Assembly: GCA_965153355.1 (NCBI GenBank)
Contig: OZ231126.1
Span: forward strand, 23,312,001 to 23,376,000
From: Flaccisagitta enflata
Lineage: Eukaryota
Length of the DNA: 64,000 bases
Direction of reading: 5' to 3'
Positions 1-15,042 of the stretch are shown piece after piece. How positions within the stretch are numbered: the first letter of the stretch is position 1; every line of letters starts with the position of its first letter. A model generated the notes under the pieces. The model had not been told where the DNA came from, searched no databases, and saw only the letters and a list, made by a program, of their open reading frames with translations. The translations under genes and the position numbers were made by a program.

Positions 1-1487
1 GATGGACAAAGCCTCTTACAGAGTCGCAAGTCCGCGAGTAAAAATTCTACCGGAAATCACTCATTTAGCGCTTACGCATATGTGGGACACGCGCGCGCGC
101 GCACACACACACACACGCACGTGCGCGCGAACGAACGAGCAATTGTCCGAAGTAGTTGGTTATTCGTACATTCGTATCCGTATTTAACTCGTTATACGAA
201 AGTTAAAAGAGAGCCATACAGGCCTGAGAGTAAGAGAACTCTAAAGCTGAAATGATTTTGACTGATACTAGATAACAGAGGTAATTGAACGAACGTTTGC
301 CCCTTTCTGTGGTCGTAAAAGTCAGTCTTAGTTCAAAACAGGCGGACCAAAAGGTACAAAAGTCGCCAAAGTATGATTGAGAAGGCCATAAAAGTCAGCT
401 TCCTTGCCTCGATCATTGCTCTTTTTAGTCGCGTACACGCATCTCTATAAGCGGCTTTGTCCGTCTGTCCGTCCGTCCGTCCGTCCGTCCGTCCGTCCGT
501 CCGTCCGTCCGTCCGTCCGTCCGTTGGTCTGTTGATCCGTGGTGATCGAGTCGAAAAGTGGAAAAACGAGCGTTATGTCATAGTGTATAGGATCAGGAAA
601 TTTTGGTTTCATTTTACTTTTTGCTTGTGATATAGATTTACAATTAGAAAATATCATTGGGATTTTAGTTAAGTATTTTTGACATAAGGTATAAGGTGTT
701 ATAATGATGTTTTGAAACCCAGAATACTGACTATGGTTTCATAATAATCAGAAGTTAAAATAGAATGTATGAATTCCTTAGAAAAATGGTAAACAAAATT
801 TTAAAACCTTGTTGAGTGAAATTATATGACGGCCTCAGTAAAAAAAATTTTGCAGTTCTAAGAACATAGCTCTTTTCTTATATGTTTTAAAAAAGAGGCC
901 ATGTTTTTGAAAATGTAAATTTCTTTATTTCTATGCAATGATATAATCTCACCTAATAAAAGTAATATGACAAAGTATAATTTTCTATAAAAAACCTTCT
1001 TTTTTCTATCTTTTTTCATTATATTATGCACATCAAAATCTGTAATTCAGCAATTATCTATGCAGAAATTCACAGTTCAACACTTAAAAATATTTTTTCA
1101 GAAAAAAAATATACAGAAAACTAATACAAAAAATATCTAAAAAATTGTAGTGACCCATGAAATTTCTTCTTTCCGTACACTGCGTCTTATCGGGAAAAAA
1201 GTTGAAGTCAGTCTTCAACTTTTTGACATATTTGAGAGAAACAGGGTTTTCATTTTCTTATAAGGAAGTTGTGGGTCTCGATCGAGCAATTTGGGCCTCC
1301 AATGAAATTGATAAGGTAAGTAAATTTGATAATTCTCTTTCATTTGGCGTCAAGCAGAATGCTCTCTGACAAATATTTTTCGCGCTATGATTTTTTAAAG
1401 ATTTATTTATGAAAAATTTGAATAAAATTTTTTTTATCTTTTACGATTTTGTGTACGATTTATAAAAGAGTGTATTTATGTTTGTTT

Positions 1488-1900
1488 GAGCATGCAAATA
1501 CAAGAAAACATGTTTATGAGCACAGCTGCTCATCTGTGAAGGCGTTTTTGAGCATTTTAGCTCATTTAGCTCACTTATCTCAGTCTATTCTTTCTGATTT
1601 CAAATATGATAAATGAATAAATATTTTCAAACTTGTTTAAGCAAGGAAATGAAAGAAAACATGTCAGTGAGCAGAGCTGCTCATCTGTGAGGGCGTTTTC
1701 AAGTATTCTAGCTCATTTAGCTTATTTAGCTTGCGTTTTTCTCTGATTTTAAGTAGGATAAATAAATTAATGTTTTGATTTAAGCATGCAAATACAAGAA
1801 AGCATGCCAGTGAGCAAAGCTGGTTCTCCAGTTGAATAATTTTAATTTTTTTAGCTTATCTAGCTCATTTGGCTCAGTCCTATTTTTCTCTGATTTTCAG
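1488..1900 (+). repeat. Three diverged tandem copies of a unit of about 150 bp
   Basis: GCAAATACAAGAAAACATG...GAGCA.AGCTG...TAGCTCATTTAG recurs near 1490, 1645 and 1785. Confidence 0.75.
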
Positions 1901-2315
1901 TGCAGTCATTACATACAATTGCTTTTGATTTGATCTAATAAAATTTCAGTGACCAAAGATGGTGAAAAGTGACCAATGCTTACGACTTTTTTCCTCACGG
2001 CGACAGCCGCCATTACTGGTAGATACTTTTTATGTATGTTTGTGTGTAAGGTGAGGATTGGGATGGTCGTTGGATGCCCCTGCCCACCGGTCCGCAACGA
2101 TATTGTAAGGTCGTCGGTCCGTTGGTTGGTTGGTTGGTTGGTCGGTCCCTCAAGCAAACATTGAGACCGAACGAATCGGACATTTCCAATGTCTTTCTTC
2201 GTTCCTGTTACCTCTCATGCCTACCCAATTTTTTTTCATTCAGCCATTCATTTATTCATAAAACAAGGCCGCATACACGGCTACCCCAGTCGCGTGCGGA
2301 TGGGCAGGAGCAGTA

Positions 2316-3008
2316 CACTTATTTTTTTTTATAAGCACCTCGTTTATAAGCACGCCCAGCCTCAGATATTGGTAAAATTTAAGCACATTGCTAAGCACGC
2401 TCCAGGCTGAGATTTTCAATTAAAAAAAAATTCTTGGTGATTTTCCGAAAACATACTAATTTCTGTACATTTTTGGTTAGAATTTCACAAAAACCAATGG
2501 AGATTTTGATAGAATTTGAAATCATCTATAATATCAGTCTGTCAGTATGTTCAGGATTTTGATACTGATAGAAATAATTGAATTTCTAATAACATTTAAG
2601 AATATTATTGCTTAGATACTATTGTTAATATGAATCTATTGCTGTAACAAGGGCCACCTCAAAAGAAAAATATGGCATAATACTAAATAACACTAAAAAT
2701 CAAAAGAAATTTAAATCAAACCATGATTTTAATCTCATCCCATGGTTTATATGAAAGTAGCACAACATCAATGAAAGATACTGTATATTTTCTTATATAA
2801 AATACATTCATTACGGTATTCTATACTATACTTTATTCTATACTATACAATACTCTATGCATTACTGTTTTCTATACTTAATAGGATAATTACTTACTAA
2901 TGAATGATAAGCACGCATTTAAGCACACTTCAGCCTCGAAAAAGAGATTTTGCTAAGCACGCTCAGCCTCAGCCAAAAAAGGAGCGTGCTTATAAAAAAA
3001 AAAAAGTG
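2316..3008. mobile_element. TA-flanked MITE (CACT-T(n)-ATAAGCAC TIR) inserted in a hairpin element
   Basis: Inverted ends with TA duplication; the host element reads continuously across the insertion (GGCAGGAGCAG-TA-CTGGAGAAGG). Confidence 0.8.
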
Positions 3009-3881
3009 TACTGGAGAAGGTCACTAGAGCATTTGGGCAGGAGCAGAAGGCTCAAAAACGGCGAAAAAGTAAAAAGTGGACCAACCTACCGACCGACCGA
3101 CCAACGGACCGACCTAGCGGGGTGTAGATTTGCGGAGCACGCGACTATAAACGCTCATTGATTAAAACTGGATATTCATTTGTTGTTAACCAGCGAGGCG
3201 CACTTATTGGCCATAACTTAGGCTTGCTTTTGAACAGGCGTAACAGACTTACAGATGTACAGACGGACGTATGGACCGAGGGATTGGTCAGCTACTGAAA
3301 TCGATATGAAAACCTAATTGATTTAGAATGTCATTTTTTTCTGAAGCCTCGAGAAAGACATAATGACAATTACGGGTAAAGAACTTCAAGATTCTTAGTT
3401 TAAGAGCTAGTTTCAATTCTGATATCGTTACATAAACAGAAACAAGGCCAACGCCAACAGGCCAACAGTCGCGTGCTTCGTTTTACCTTTGCATACAAAT
3501 TTTGAAAAACCGTGTTCACTCCCTCAATTGCAGATGGGTAGACAGAGGCAGTGCAGAAAAAAAAACTGCTCCTACTTTGTAGTAGTTACCGACAAACGGA
3601 CTGACTGATCGACACGGCAAGTTCTAGAGTCGCGTGTCCGCGACTTAAAAATTGTTTGAAGGGAAGCTATAAGTAGCGAGATTCTTGGAATCGAATCTGT
3701 TTCAAAAATCAAAATGTTGAAGAGACATAAACGTAAACCTTCTTAAGAAAGTTTCACACGTTTGAAAGCTCAGAAGCATACAAAAACTGAGCGATAACTT
3801 ACCAGTGTTGCCACCTTTTCCGATCGTATGAAAATTGTGCGTTTAACGCAAACAATTGATACCGTGTCCGTACATGTAATA

Positions 3882-4302
3882 CACTCTTTTTTTTATAAGA
3901 ACATCATTTTTTTTAAGGCTTCATGTTCTTACTTTAAAGACCTAATGAAGCCTTCAACGTTCTTAAAGCGTTCTTAATTTTGAATACGATATGAACTATA
4001 GGAAACCTTATACTACTACTCAATTATAGAAAATATATTTCTATTAGATACTGTTAAAACAAATGCTAATCATAAAAGTCTAGAGACATTTTCATGATCT
4101 TTATTTAAATTTCATAAAATATCATATCAATTATACTAAAATTCAAATGTTTTTCTTATGTTTTTTTAATATTACTTTAACCAAAATTTTTTTCTCAAGA
4201 TATGAAGCCTTCATATGTTCTTAAGATGTTCTTAATTTTTAAACCATTCAAAGCCTTGATGTTCTTATAAACTAGGTACTTATAAAAGAAAAAGCTATAG
4301 TG
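3882..4302. mobile_element. TA-flanked MITE (CACTCT(n)ATAAGAAC TIR), copy 1
   Basis: TIRs plus TA; an inverted homologous copy lies at 4625-5125. Confidence 0.8.
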
Positions 4303-4624
4303 TAGATCAGATACATTTTATATGATTTACCGTTTGTATTTTGTTTCTACCCCAAGGTTCGGAGGTTCTGGCTTTCATCAAGAGATGGCGATCTATATGG
4401 AAATTCGTTCTTCGGCAAAACAAATGAACAGTGATGGGAGTAGAAGAGGATGGAGAGAAAATTTCAGCACGCGTCTTCAAAAAATCCTCACTGGCTCTTT
4501 GTCTGTCTGTCTGTCTGCCTCTCCTTCAGTCTGTCCGTCTGTCTCTCATTCTGTCTGTCTGTCTGTCTATCTGTCTGTCTGTGTATGTCTGTCTGTCTGA
4601 ATTTTGTTTGTATCTGTTTGTTTA

Positions 4625-5125
4625 CACTCTTTTTTTTTATAAGAACCTAGTTTATAAGAACATCAAGGCTTCATATGGCCCAAAATTAAGAACATGCTAT
4701 GAATGAATTTAATTTCAAAAACAAACACAAATTACAACGCGCGGCGATTGTAAAAAGCTTGCTTTCAGGGATAGTCATAGAACATCAAAAGGCTTCATAT
4801 CTTGAGAAAAAAAATTTTGCTTAAGGTAATAGTGGAAAAAATTAAGAAAACACTTGAATTTTAGTATAATTGATATGATATTTTATGATTTTTAAATAAA
4901 GATCATGAAAATATCCTTAGATTTTGATGATTAACATTTGTTTTAACAGTATTTAGTAGAAATATATTAACTATAATTGAGTAATAGTATATTATAAGGT
5001 TTCCCATAGTTTGTATAGTATATAGAATTAAGAACGCTCTAAGAACATTGAACGCTTTATTTGATCTTGAAAATAAAAACATGAAGCCTTTGAAAAAAAA
5101 TGACGTTCTTATAAAAAAAAGAGTG
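4625..5125. mobile_element. TA-flanked MITE (CACTCT(n)ATAAGAAC TIR), copy 2
   Basis: TIRs plus TA; the interior is largely the reverse complement of 3882-4302. Confidence 0.8.
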
Positions 5126-5141
5126 TACCTGTCTGCCTGTC

Positions 5142-5229
<88 letters not shown>

Positions 5230-5752
5230 GACACTGCTCAAACGGACCTCAGCGCAGCGCGACTTTTCTTTCAAGGAGGTAAGAAAGAGCGAAAGAGAAA
5301 AAAAGATAGAAGAAGAAGAAAAAGAGGTAGAAAGAAGAGAGAAAAATTTCTAATGACAGCCCCTCGGCCGCGGCCTCAGAGTCAGAATTGATTTATGCCC
5401 CAACCGTCGGCTTTAAAATATCATAAATAAAACGATGTCCACGAACAGAGTCGCTGTGGCGACATTCCAATCAGGAGGTGGGAGACCAAAGGAGAGAGAA
5501 TGATATAACATGAGAGAGAGAGAGAGAGCGATAAAATTAAAAATGTCGCCGGGTTTAAAATTCATGTTGGTGGGTGGTAGAAGTTTTTTCGTTAAGGAAC
5601 GACGAAATATCGAAAGCAGTAAGACTTCTTTCAGCTTGCCTATCGCCTGAAGGATCTAGCAATTACACTAAATGAAAAGAATGTAACAAATTTGGGAAAA
5701 GACAAATTTGCTATCTACATTTATGTTTACGGGAATCTTTCTTGGTTATCTC

Positions 5753-5881
<129 letters not shown>

Positions 5882-6471
5882 CTTGATGGTTTTATTGTTA
5901 TAGAATGGAGTCTGCGCGGGATTGATAAACGCTAGTAAATTGAAACTTTTGATGATCAAAGGTTACTTGCATAGTTCAGTTTGAGGTAAACTAAATTGTC
6001 TTCTCATTGTAGTTTCCTTAACAATATTGAATGATACAGATGGGAATATGAATTTAGTCATCAAACCCTTGCACGAACTTACCTAAGTAGATTGTTGCAG
6101 GACCCTGTTGCTACATCATTAAGCAAACCAACATAGCGATAAGGCGATCTAGTTCAGAGATATTTTTGATTCAACAGATGAGACGCTCTCGTGGGTGATT
6201 CAAGGTCTACACTGAGTATCAGTGTCTGGTCCGGTCGTGACGTTCACGGTATAACCGCGTTTAACGGTCGTTTCCATCACCAGTCCTCATACCTTGTGCA
6301 ATTCTTCATTATTGTACTTTTAATCCGCGAGGCACATTTATTTGCCAGGACTATGCCTTATTTCGGTGTTGTCTTTTACGTGCTGCTCAGTTTTTGGATC
6401 ATACAACCCCATTAACTACTCATTAGCCATCACATTCGTCGCGTATTCAATTCATTTTCTCCTTATTTCAG

Positions 6472-6515
6472 TCACAAAACCCTATACCGGATCCAAGAAT
6501 AACAAAACTCCGTCT
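6472..6515 (+). other. Candidate non-coding 5' exon of the NHERF-like gene
   Basis: ttcattttctccttatttcag acceptor (also overlaps an Inr-like TCAGTC) and a GTAAGT donor at 6516. Splice signals are the only evidence. Confidence 0.25.
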
Positions 6516-7026
6516 GTAAGTTACCGGCATTAACGGACATAGAAACTTGGTCTCTTCAAGTCATTTATTCCTCTAATGTCATTCTTCTCCTTTTGTTTCC
6601 CTTTTCGTTTCCCAAGATGGTTTCCATTTTTCCTTACAAATGTTGCACGCGTACAAAGAAAAAGGAAAGCCATAAAAAAGCGAATGAAATTCGGTTTTGT
6701 TGCAGTTTTTCGTGTGACCCAAATAACACTTTTATCGTCGTCAACTTAGTCTATCATCATAAAAAACATAAAACACATAAAAAAGCTCATTTCGACTTAT
6801 CTCTCTCTCTCTCTCTTTTGCTCTCCCCCTTCTTCTTTGGAGATCCGCCATGGCTTAATTCCGCCTTCGCATCGGCTTCCTCTCCCAATCTTCTTTTCGG
6901 CTTTTTCTTCTTCTTCTTCATCGTTTATTTCGTCTACGGTCTTCAACGTTTGTTCCTCTTTCTTTTCTTGTGGCGGTTTTTGTTATAGGTTAAAGTTGTT
7001 CTAGCAGTTTTTGTTGTTGTTGTTGC

Positions 7027-7145
<119 letters not shown>

Positions 7146-7670
7146 TGTTTTTCTTCTCCTTCTTGTTCTTTCTTTTTCTTTTCTTCTTTTTCCTTTTCTT
7201 GTTCTTTTTCTTTCTTTACTTGTTCTTGTTCTTCTTTTTCTTTTTCTCTGGGCCTTCCTTTTTGAATTCTCCTAATCCAACTGATTCTCCTTCTTTCAAC
7301 TTTCTTCTCACATGAAACCTCCTCATCCCCGCCGAACGCGCCAACCCCCATCCATTTCTTCGTCGCTACAAGCTTTTCCAAATAAGCAACCCAATCTGCG
7401 ACATGACCAAAATTCCCAAATCCCCAAATCCCCAAATCCCTACCCATAAACACATAATTTCCATTTCCATAGAATTTCAAAAGAGAAATATTCTCATTCT
7501 AATTTTTTCTTTTTTGTTTATGCCTAATTTTGTGTTTTACTTCATTTCGATATCTCGTTTTTTTCTTCATAGCCTTTTTTTAGTCGCACGCTACGCGACT
7601 CTACAACCCACTATGTCGGTTGGTCGGTCGGTTGTCTCTGTCTGTCTGTCTCTGTCTCTGTCTCTGTCTG

Positions 7671-7728
<58 letters not shown>

Positions 7729-7795
7729 CTCTCGTTCGTCTGGCTGTCCGTCCGTCCGTCCGTCCGTCTGTCTGTGTGTCTATCTGTCTGTCTCT

Positions 7796-7856
<61 letters not shown>

Positions 7857-8134
7857 GTTGTTCTTTCATGTAATCTTTTGAAAAGGTTGGTAAATGTTCC
7901 TCTATCATTCTTCTCCTGGATTACGTGACAGAAACCACTTCAAGCGAGAGAATTTCGAAACAAATGACGCGGGGTTACAACATCGTTGCGGAAGGGGGGG
8001 GGAGTGGGGGTACTTACAACCCCCATTCCCTTTAAACAAAAATAATTTCGGCATTCTATGTGCAATTTTTCACTTTTTAGATGGACAAATACTCTCATAG
8101 AGTCGCAAGCTTGCGTCCTAAATGAGAGAGAGAC

Positions 8135-8235
<101 letters not shown>

Positions 8236-10297
8236 GTAGACAGAGAGAGAGTATCAAAATGGGTGGACAAACTGTCAAAGTCATTCATAGGTAGATTGAT
8301 AGACTTACATGAGCCTATACCTTTGCCAGGGAATCAGAGAAAAAACAACAAAATCAATGGACAAACCACCCTTCATTCGAAAACGCCTTTTCCCGTTCCT
8401 GACGCGCCAATGCCATGTCCATTGTAATGATTGCAACATGCTAGACTCTCTTTGATGGCTAGTTTACCTTTGGAATGGCTCAGGTTTCGCCAATTGCTTT
8501 AACATAAACATGATCACTGATCACGTTACATGAAGTAACGTGTCATGACGTGACAAGTATGAATGAACTACATTTATGCAGCGTTTTTCAATAAAGTGTT
8601 TGTTGCAGATCTTTGACACTACGACTACGACCGAATTATGAAAAACAGATCGCTCTCGGCATTCTATTTCTTATACACTTTATTCCTCAAGTATTTTTTT
8701 CTTTTACCTCTTTTTTTCTTTGCCTCAAATTTTTAAACTTTCATGAAATTTTTCGCGAGTGAATTTTTTTTCGACGAGAGCATTCCAAATACGAATGATC
8801 CAAAGATCTTGTTGAGATAAGGCAAGTAATAACGAGAAAACCGCTCCTTCACAGCACCAACTAATTTTTGGCTCAGAGGATCCGGTCTCCGCTCTCTCAC
8901 TCGCGTAAATGATTAGTGTGCCATCTTGGTCAAAAGTTTATGCAGAAAATAAGCTGCTCTACTTATACAACAAAAAAAAAAAACAAAAGAACAAAAAAAA
9001 AACAATATAATCAGTTTGCCTTATGAAACAAGATTTGTATAGTAACTGCTTAGATAGTAATCAGTAGTGGGATTCATTCAACTGCATTATTTTTTTGTCG
9101 ATCAAAACCAGAAAGAAAAAGTTCAATGCTGAAAGTGCAAAAAACACAAATAAGTTTAAAATGGTTTTTAAAAATTTGAAAAATAGTCTTCAAAATTAAC
9201 AATATTGTCTTAAATTAAGAATTTGATTATGTCCTGCCACCTTTAGATGTTGGCTTTGTTCTTCCCTATATCATTTTTTAAATTTTTTTTCTTATGACAA
9301 GTGGAATAATATCCCTCACTATACCCAAACTGAAAAATTTAATGTTTTCTAGCATTTTTACGGTTTATAGATTAACTACTTCAGACTTGTTGTGCACGAA
9401 TAGAATACAACCGTTTAGTCTATTCTTTTATATTCTTGCCTACCTTTTCCTCTTTTGATTTCCTTCTCCATCTCCAAACCCCCATTAGTATCGGTGAATT
9501 CTCATTTTGACCGTCCACGATCTACCTTTGCTTCAGATAGTAAATGGACTAATCACAAAGCAACTTTTATCTCGATGATTTACATGACTCTGATGTATCC
9601 GAATTCAATGTCATTTTCATTTTCCATTATTCATTATCGCCATTACCAGAAATAAAAAGAAAGAAGTGTTATTGGCAGATTTCCGGTACTCTTGGATCCG
9701 TTATAGCGAGGTGTAACTGTACAAGCGATTCTAAATGTTGTTGTTTCGATTCTATGCATTTCTCCATTTTTCCGTCTGTACATCGAAACATACGTCAGGG
9801 AAGAAACATGTTCATGTCTATATTTGGATCATGCGCGCAAACGGATTTAAAAAAAAAAAGAAAAAAAAAAACATCTTACTGGATCTCCACTTCGAAGTTT
9901 TTAATGAATTTTTGCGGCCATTTAGTTTTTAAGTGCGTCCTTGCACTTCTATAGGAGTTCATGTCCGTCGGTCGGTCGGACGGTCGGTCGGACGGTCGGT
10001 CGGTCGGTCACGCAAACGGTTGAAATGCGCAAAACGGCTCCTCCATTCCTATCTTGCCTCACCACATTCATTCATTCATTCATTCATTCATTCATTCATT
10101 CATTCATTCATTCATTCATTCATTCATCAAAAACGTTCATTCATAAATTCATAATCAAGCGAGTCGCACTTATTGGCCTTCACTTGGCCTTGTTAACGAC
10201 ATCGATCCAACTGCGATGTGATCACACTTTAGGAGTTTAGCAATCAGAAAACCGTTTTCTTCAATTCCTTCTTTCGTTTCTCTTTTCAATCCTTATA

Positions 10298-10427
10298 CAG
10301 TTGAATCCCGCGCTAGCGAACCCGTTAGCAACGGATGTCCTCTTGTCGCAGTTAAACATTGAAACTTTTCTTTGATACTTGAAAAAAACATTGGTCCTTT
10401 GTAATCCGCTTGAGCGGGATTGAATGG
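10298..10427. mobile_element. Short pogo/Tc1-like MITE (CAGTTGAATCCCGC TIR)
   Basis: Inverted ends with TA; same family as 28119-28298. Confidence 0.7.
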
Positions 10428-10828
10428 TATATCTTTGTAAATCTGTCAGGTAACTCTGTGCATGTGCGACCATGTGTTTGTGCAATTGGTGGTGCCGTAA
10501 GTTTTTATCCCGTGCTTCAAAAGTATTTGAAATTGTGCATCTGACTGTCTTGCAAAGTCATTGTCTGGAACCCATTAATGACAGGACGAGCTAATGGATG
10601 TGTGGTTTTACTGTATGAAGTAATTAAAACAGGCCATGATTTATCCAATAAGAGATAAAGAAACTATGAAAAAACTTCCAAAATTGAATTTGATAAAAAC
10701 ACGATTGTTACAATGGTAAAACAAATTAAATGACCTACCGACGGACGGACCTACTGAGAGACACTTCTGCTTGATATGGGGGAATTCATGATAATACATT
10801 TCATCCAAGAATTCTCGGCTTAGATTTA

Positions 10829-11087
10829 GGGGGTGTTTCGAGTCGAAGACAATCGCGTTTCTGACGGGCCACTCGGTCCCTCGCAATGTTCATTTGCTTG
10901 CACGGCTCACTCCGCTCACTCGCTCCGAAGTGTTATGCTCGTTTTGCTCGCTTACTCCGTTCACAGGCTCACCCATTCAATTTGCTTACTCCCTTATGGG
11001 ACAGTAAAATTTATGAATATGTGTTCATACTGTAAACGTATTAAACGGCAACAAACGCGTTTTTGGTCGTCACTAGAAACACGCCCC
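10829..11087. mobile_element. PIF/Harbinger-type MITE, copy 1
   Basis: GGGG..GTTTC.AGT TIRs; reverse-complement homolog of 17495-17786. Confidence 0.75.
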
Positions 11088-11369
11088 TATTATCCGTGTT
11101 GGATTAGGACCTAAAGTTTCTCTGCTGCAAATTGCGGGGGACACAAGCTTTTGGGGTGCTGGGTGTGGCTTGAAGAAACTTCTGCTGAAGGATGAATTTC
11201 CAACAAACGTTGTTTGCTGTCTCAGCATTCATCATCTTTTTTGTTTGTTTTACGTAACCATTTTTTTTTCTTTCCTTTTTTCCCACTTTTTTTCTTTTTG
11301 TTGTATGCCAAACCTCTGTTGGTCTATCTTCGACTGTCTCTCCGCCTCGGTCTGTCTATTTGCGTCTTT

Positions 11370-12490
<1,121 letters not shown>

Positions 12491-12586
12491 TCTTCTTTCC
12501 AAAATTCTATTGCGAGATCAGTGGTACCTCACCTAACCAATTCACCTAACCTTTCCAACTCCCTTTTTTTTCTCCTTTTTTTTCAG

Positions 12587-13097
12587 TGCAGAGTTTCACT
12601 CTCTGTCTGATGAGTGGCGAATTCCTACGCTCTGGGTGAAATTGACTTTTTAGGAAGAGACTCCTCGCATTTTTTTTTGTTCAATCTCTGTTGCGTCAAT
12701 CTTGAGGCACATATGAAAAAAAAAAAGATTTATTAAAAAAGAAGAAAAAAAAAGCGTCATTCTCCAAAAATATTTCTCATCGCTCAAAAAATTCCATCAA
12801 CTGTGATTGGCAACTACAAGAGGAAAGAAAAACCTTTGAAATAAAAGGAAAGGAGAAAGAAAATTTGAAAACGAAAAAAAACAAAAAACAAACCAAACTA
12901 AAGATTAATTCAAAAAACGACTAAAGATTAATTCAAAAAACGACTACCACAGACGCCGATGTAAGAGGCTTTAACTAAAAAAGTAAAAGAAGCACAGACA
13001 CACATATACCAAATAAAGTATAAATATACCCAATCTACAAACCTCCCTGACTAATCAATAGCGGAGACATTGTGTTAAACAATAAAAACCTGTCGGT
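12587..13097 (+). other. Probable 5'UTR part of NHERF-like coding exon 1
   Basis: Very strong pyrimidine tract plus tttcag acceptor at 12585-12586, upstream of the ATG. Confidence 0.5.
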
Positions 13098-13208
13098 ATG
13101 GGTGACTCTGAGCTGCCAAAAGACGCTCCACGCCCACGGCTGTGCCATTTGGTGAAGAGGATCGATTTTGTGGGATATGGATTCAATTTACACGCCGAGA
13201 GAAACAAG
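13098..13208 (+). CDS. Sip1: NHERF/EBP50-like PDZ scaffold, coding exon 1 (MGDSELPKDAPRPRLCHLVKRIDFVGYGFNLHAERNK)
   Basis: ATG at 13098. PRLC..GYGFNLH is the NHERF-type PDZ start with the GYGF carboxylate-binding loop. The exon ends AAG|GCAAGT (GC donor, phase 0), in frame with the next exon. Confidence 0.9.
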
Positions 13209-13781
13209 GCAAGTTGATGATTAAACGTTGAGTATTCTGACAGGGGGGGGTGTTGAATTGATTTGGGGTATGTTTTCGTAGTTTGTCGTTTGTTTGTTTT
13301 TGTTTGTTTTTTGTTTGTCTTTCTTTTTTTCTGGACAATTTTTTCTCGAAATAATATCTGCATGTACAAAATTGAGGATCGGGATAGTCCAGAGTTGGCA
13401 AGTACAAGGCCAAGTAATAGGTCTCACATAATTAGGCGGAAAAGTATAATGATCAAAATACATAGTAAAAATGCCCTCAGCATGATGAAATTTGACATGG
13501 AGATAGCTCAGACTTAGTATTTTGACGTAGCGAGGCGATGTTGGCGACTTTCCTGCATGTAGGGCAAGATGGAGGGTGTTTTACCAAAAGTGAGGTGTCA
13601 GATTATTGCTGATTTTTAAGGAAAAAGTGTAGCAAAGTGGAAGACGTTTGCCATTCGTGATTTGAAGAGGATAGAATGCAAAAAAACTGTCATTTATCGT
13701 GTAATGCAGTTGGTGGATGCAGGAGAGTCAGTCATGCAGAAAGAAAGCCGTGTATGTTGACAGCAGTTAAAGATTTGTAGG

Positions 13782-14120
13782 CATAAGTGTATGGCGCGAA
13801 TTTTAAAAGGGCCGTCTCGGCAACCAGTTTCAAGTCCGACAGAGCTTCAAGCCCGACAGGAATTGTTACTTATTCAGTTTTTTTCAATCCTAAAAATCAT
13901 ATTCTCATGTAATAAATAGCAGCCAAATTCGATAGAAAAACACACATTCGTTCTCATTCTTTTCCTGAGAGTGCTTTTTATCCTCCAGTTTTTCTTTTTC
14001 TTTCATTCTTAATCATTTTTTGTCTTCTTTTTCTACATGGGCCTGAGTCCGACAGGGGTGTAAGTCCGACAAACTGGGACGTCGGCCGACGTCCCTGACG
14101 CCCCTCCCCGTACACCCATG
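13782..14120. mobile_element. hAT-type MITE
   Basis: Ends CATAAGTGTATGG / CCGTACACCCATG; 8-bp TSD TTTGTAGG on both sides. Confidence 0.85.
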
Positions 14121-14783
14121 TTTGTAGGTGAAGTTGAGCATAAACAATAAGAAGAGTGTGTCAATCCCAAATTTGGTTACCTTTTACTCATCAGCATATT
14201 TACGTTCATTAGGGGATGGCCTTTTACTTTTTTGGGCATTTTTTGCATTATGTTGATAAAATGAACATAAATTGGTGATATACATCTCTTGGATTGATTA
14301 TATATCCATGTTTAACGCTCTTTTCAACGAGTTTTCATCCCTTTCCACCTAATTTTGTTGAAACAAGACCAAGTAGGCCATTAGGTGCGCCGGGTGGATC
14401 GTCAAAGGTTTACGTGACCAACAGACTGACCAACCCACGGCCACGACCAGTTAAAGAGGTGCGTTAGCGCATCTAAAACTCACAGGAAGAAGCTGTGGCA
14501 TCTTTCCGGATTTAACAGCAGATTTACAATACATGAAGACGGGCGTTAAAATGCCGATCTATTCTCGATGTCCCGTGTATTTAGAACAACAACAACAACA
14601 AATAACAATAACGACAACAACGATAACGACAACGACAACGACGGCAACGACAACGACAACGACAATGACAACGACAAAAACAACCAATTCCATTTACTGC
14701 TATAAGCTATTCTCCAGTAAAACTACATCGCTATGACTGCGATCGTTGGTAATAGCATGCCAACAATTTACACAAAGTCAAAA

Positions 14784-15042
14784 GAAAGTTCTCTATCAAA
14801 GGGATATAGCTCATGTATAAAGATGGTCCAGGAAAAAAATTTAGCCACAGGACCCCTGTAAACTATGGCCGCACTCCCCCATGTCCAGAAAATGTATGGA
14901 CAGATTTCACCTCCAGGGTTTCAGTACTTTATTGTGTGTATAAAAGTGGCGCTATAGTTTATAGGGGTCCTATGGCTAAATTTTTTTCGTGGACAATCTT
15001 TATACATGATTTTGAGCCATATCCCTTTGATAGAGTACTTTC
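14784..15042. mobile_element. Foldback MITE (near-palindromic)
   Basis: About 95-bp arms (CTCTATCAAAGGGATAT...AAATTTAGCCAC/TAGGACCCCT) in inverted orientation around a short spacer. Confidence 0.75.
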
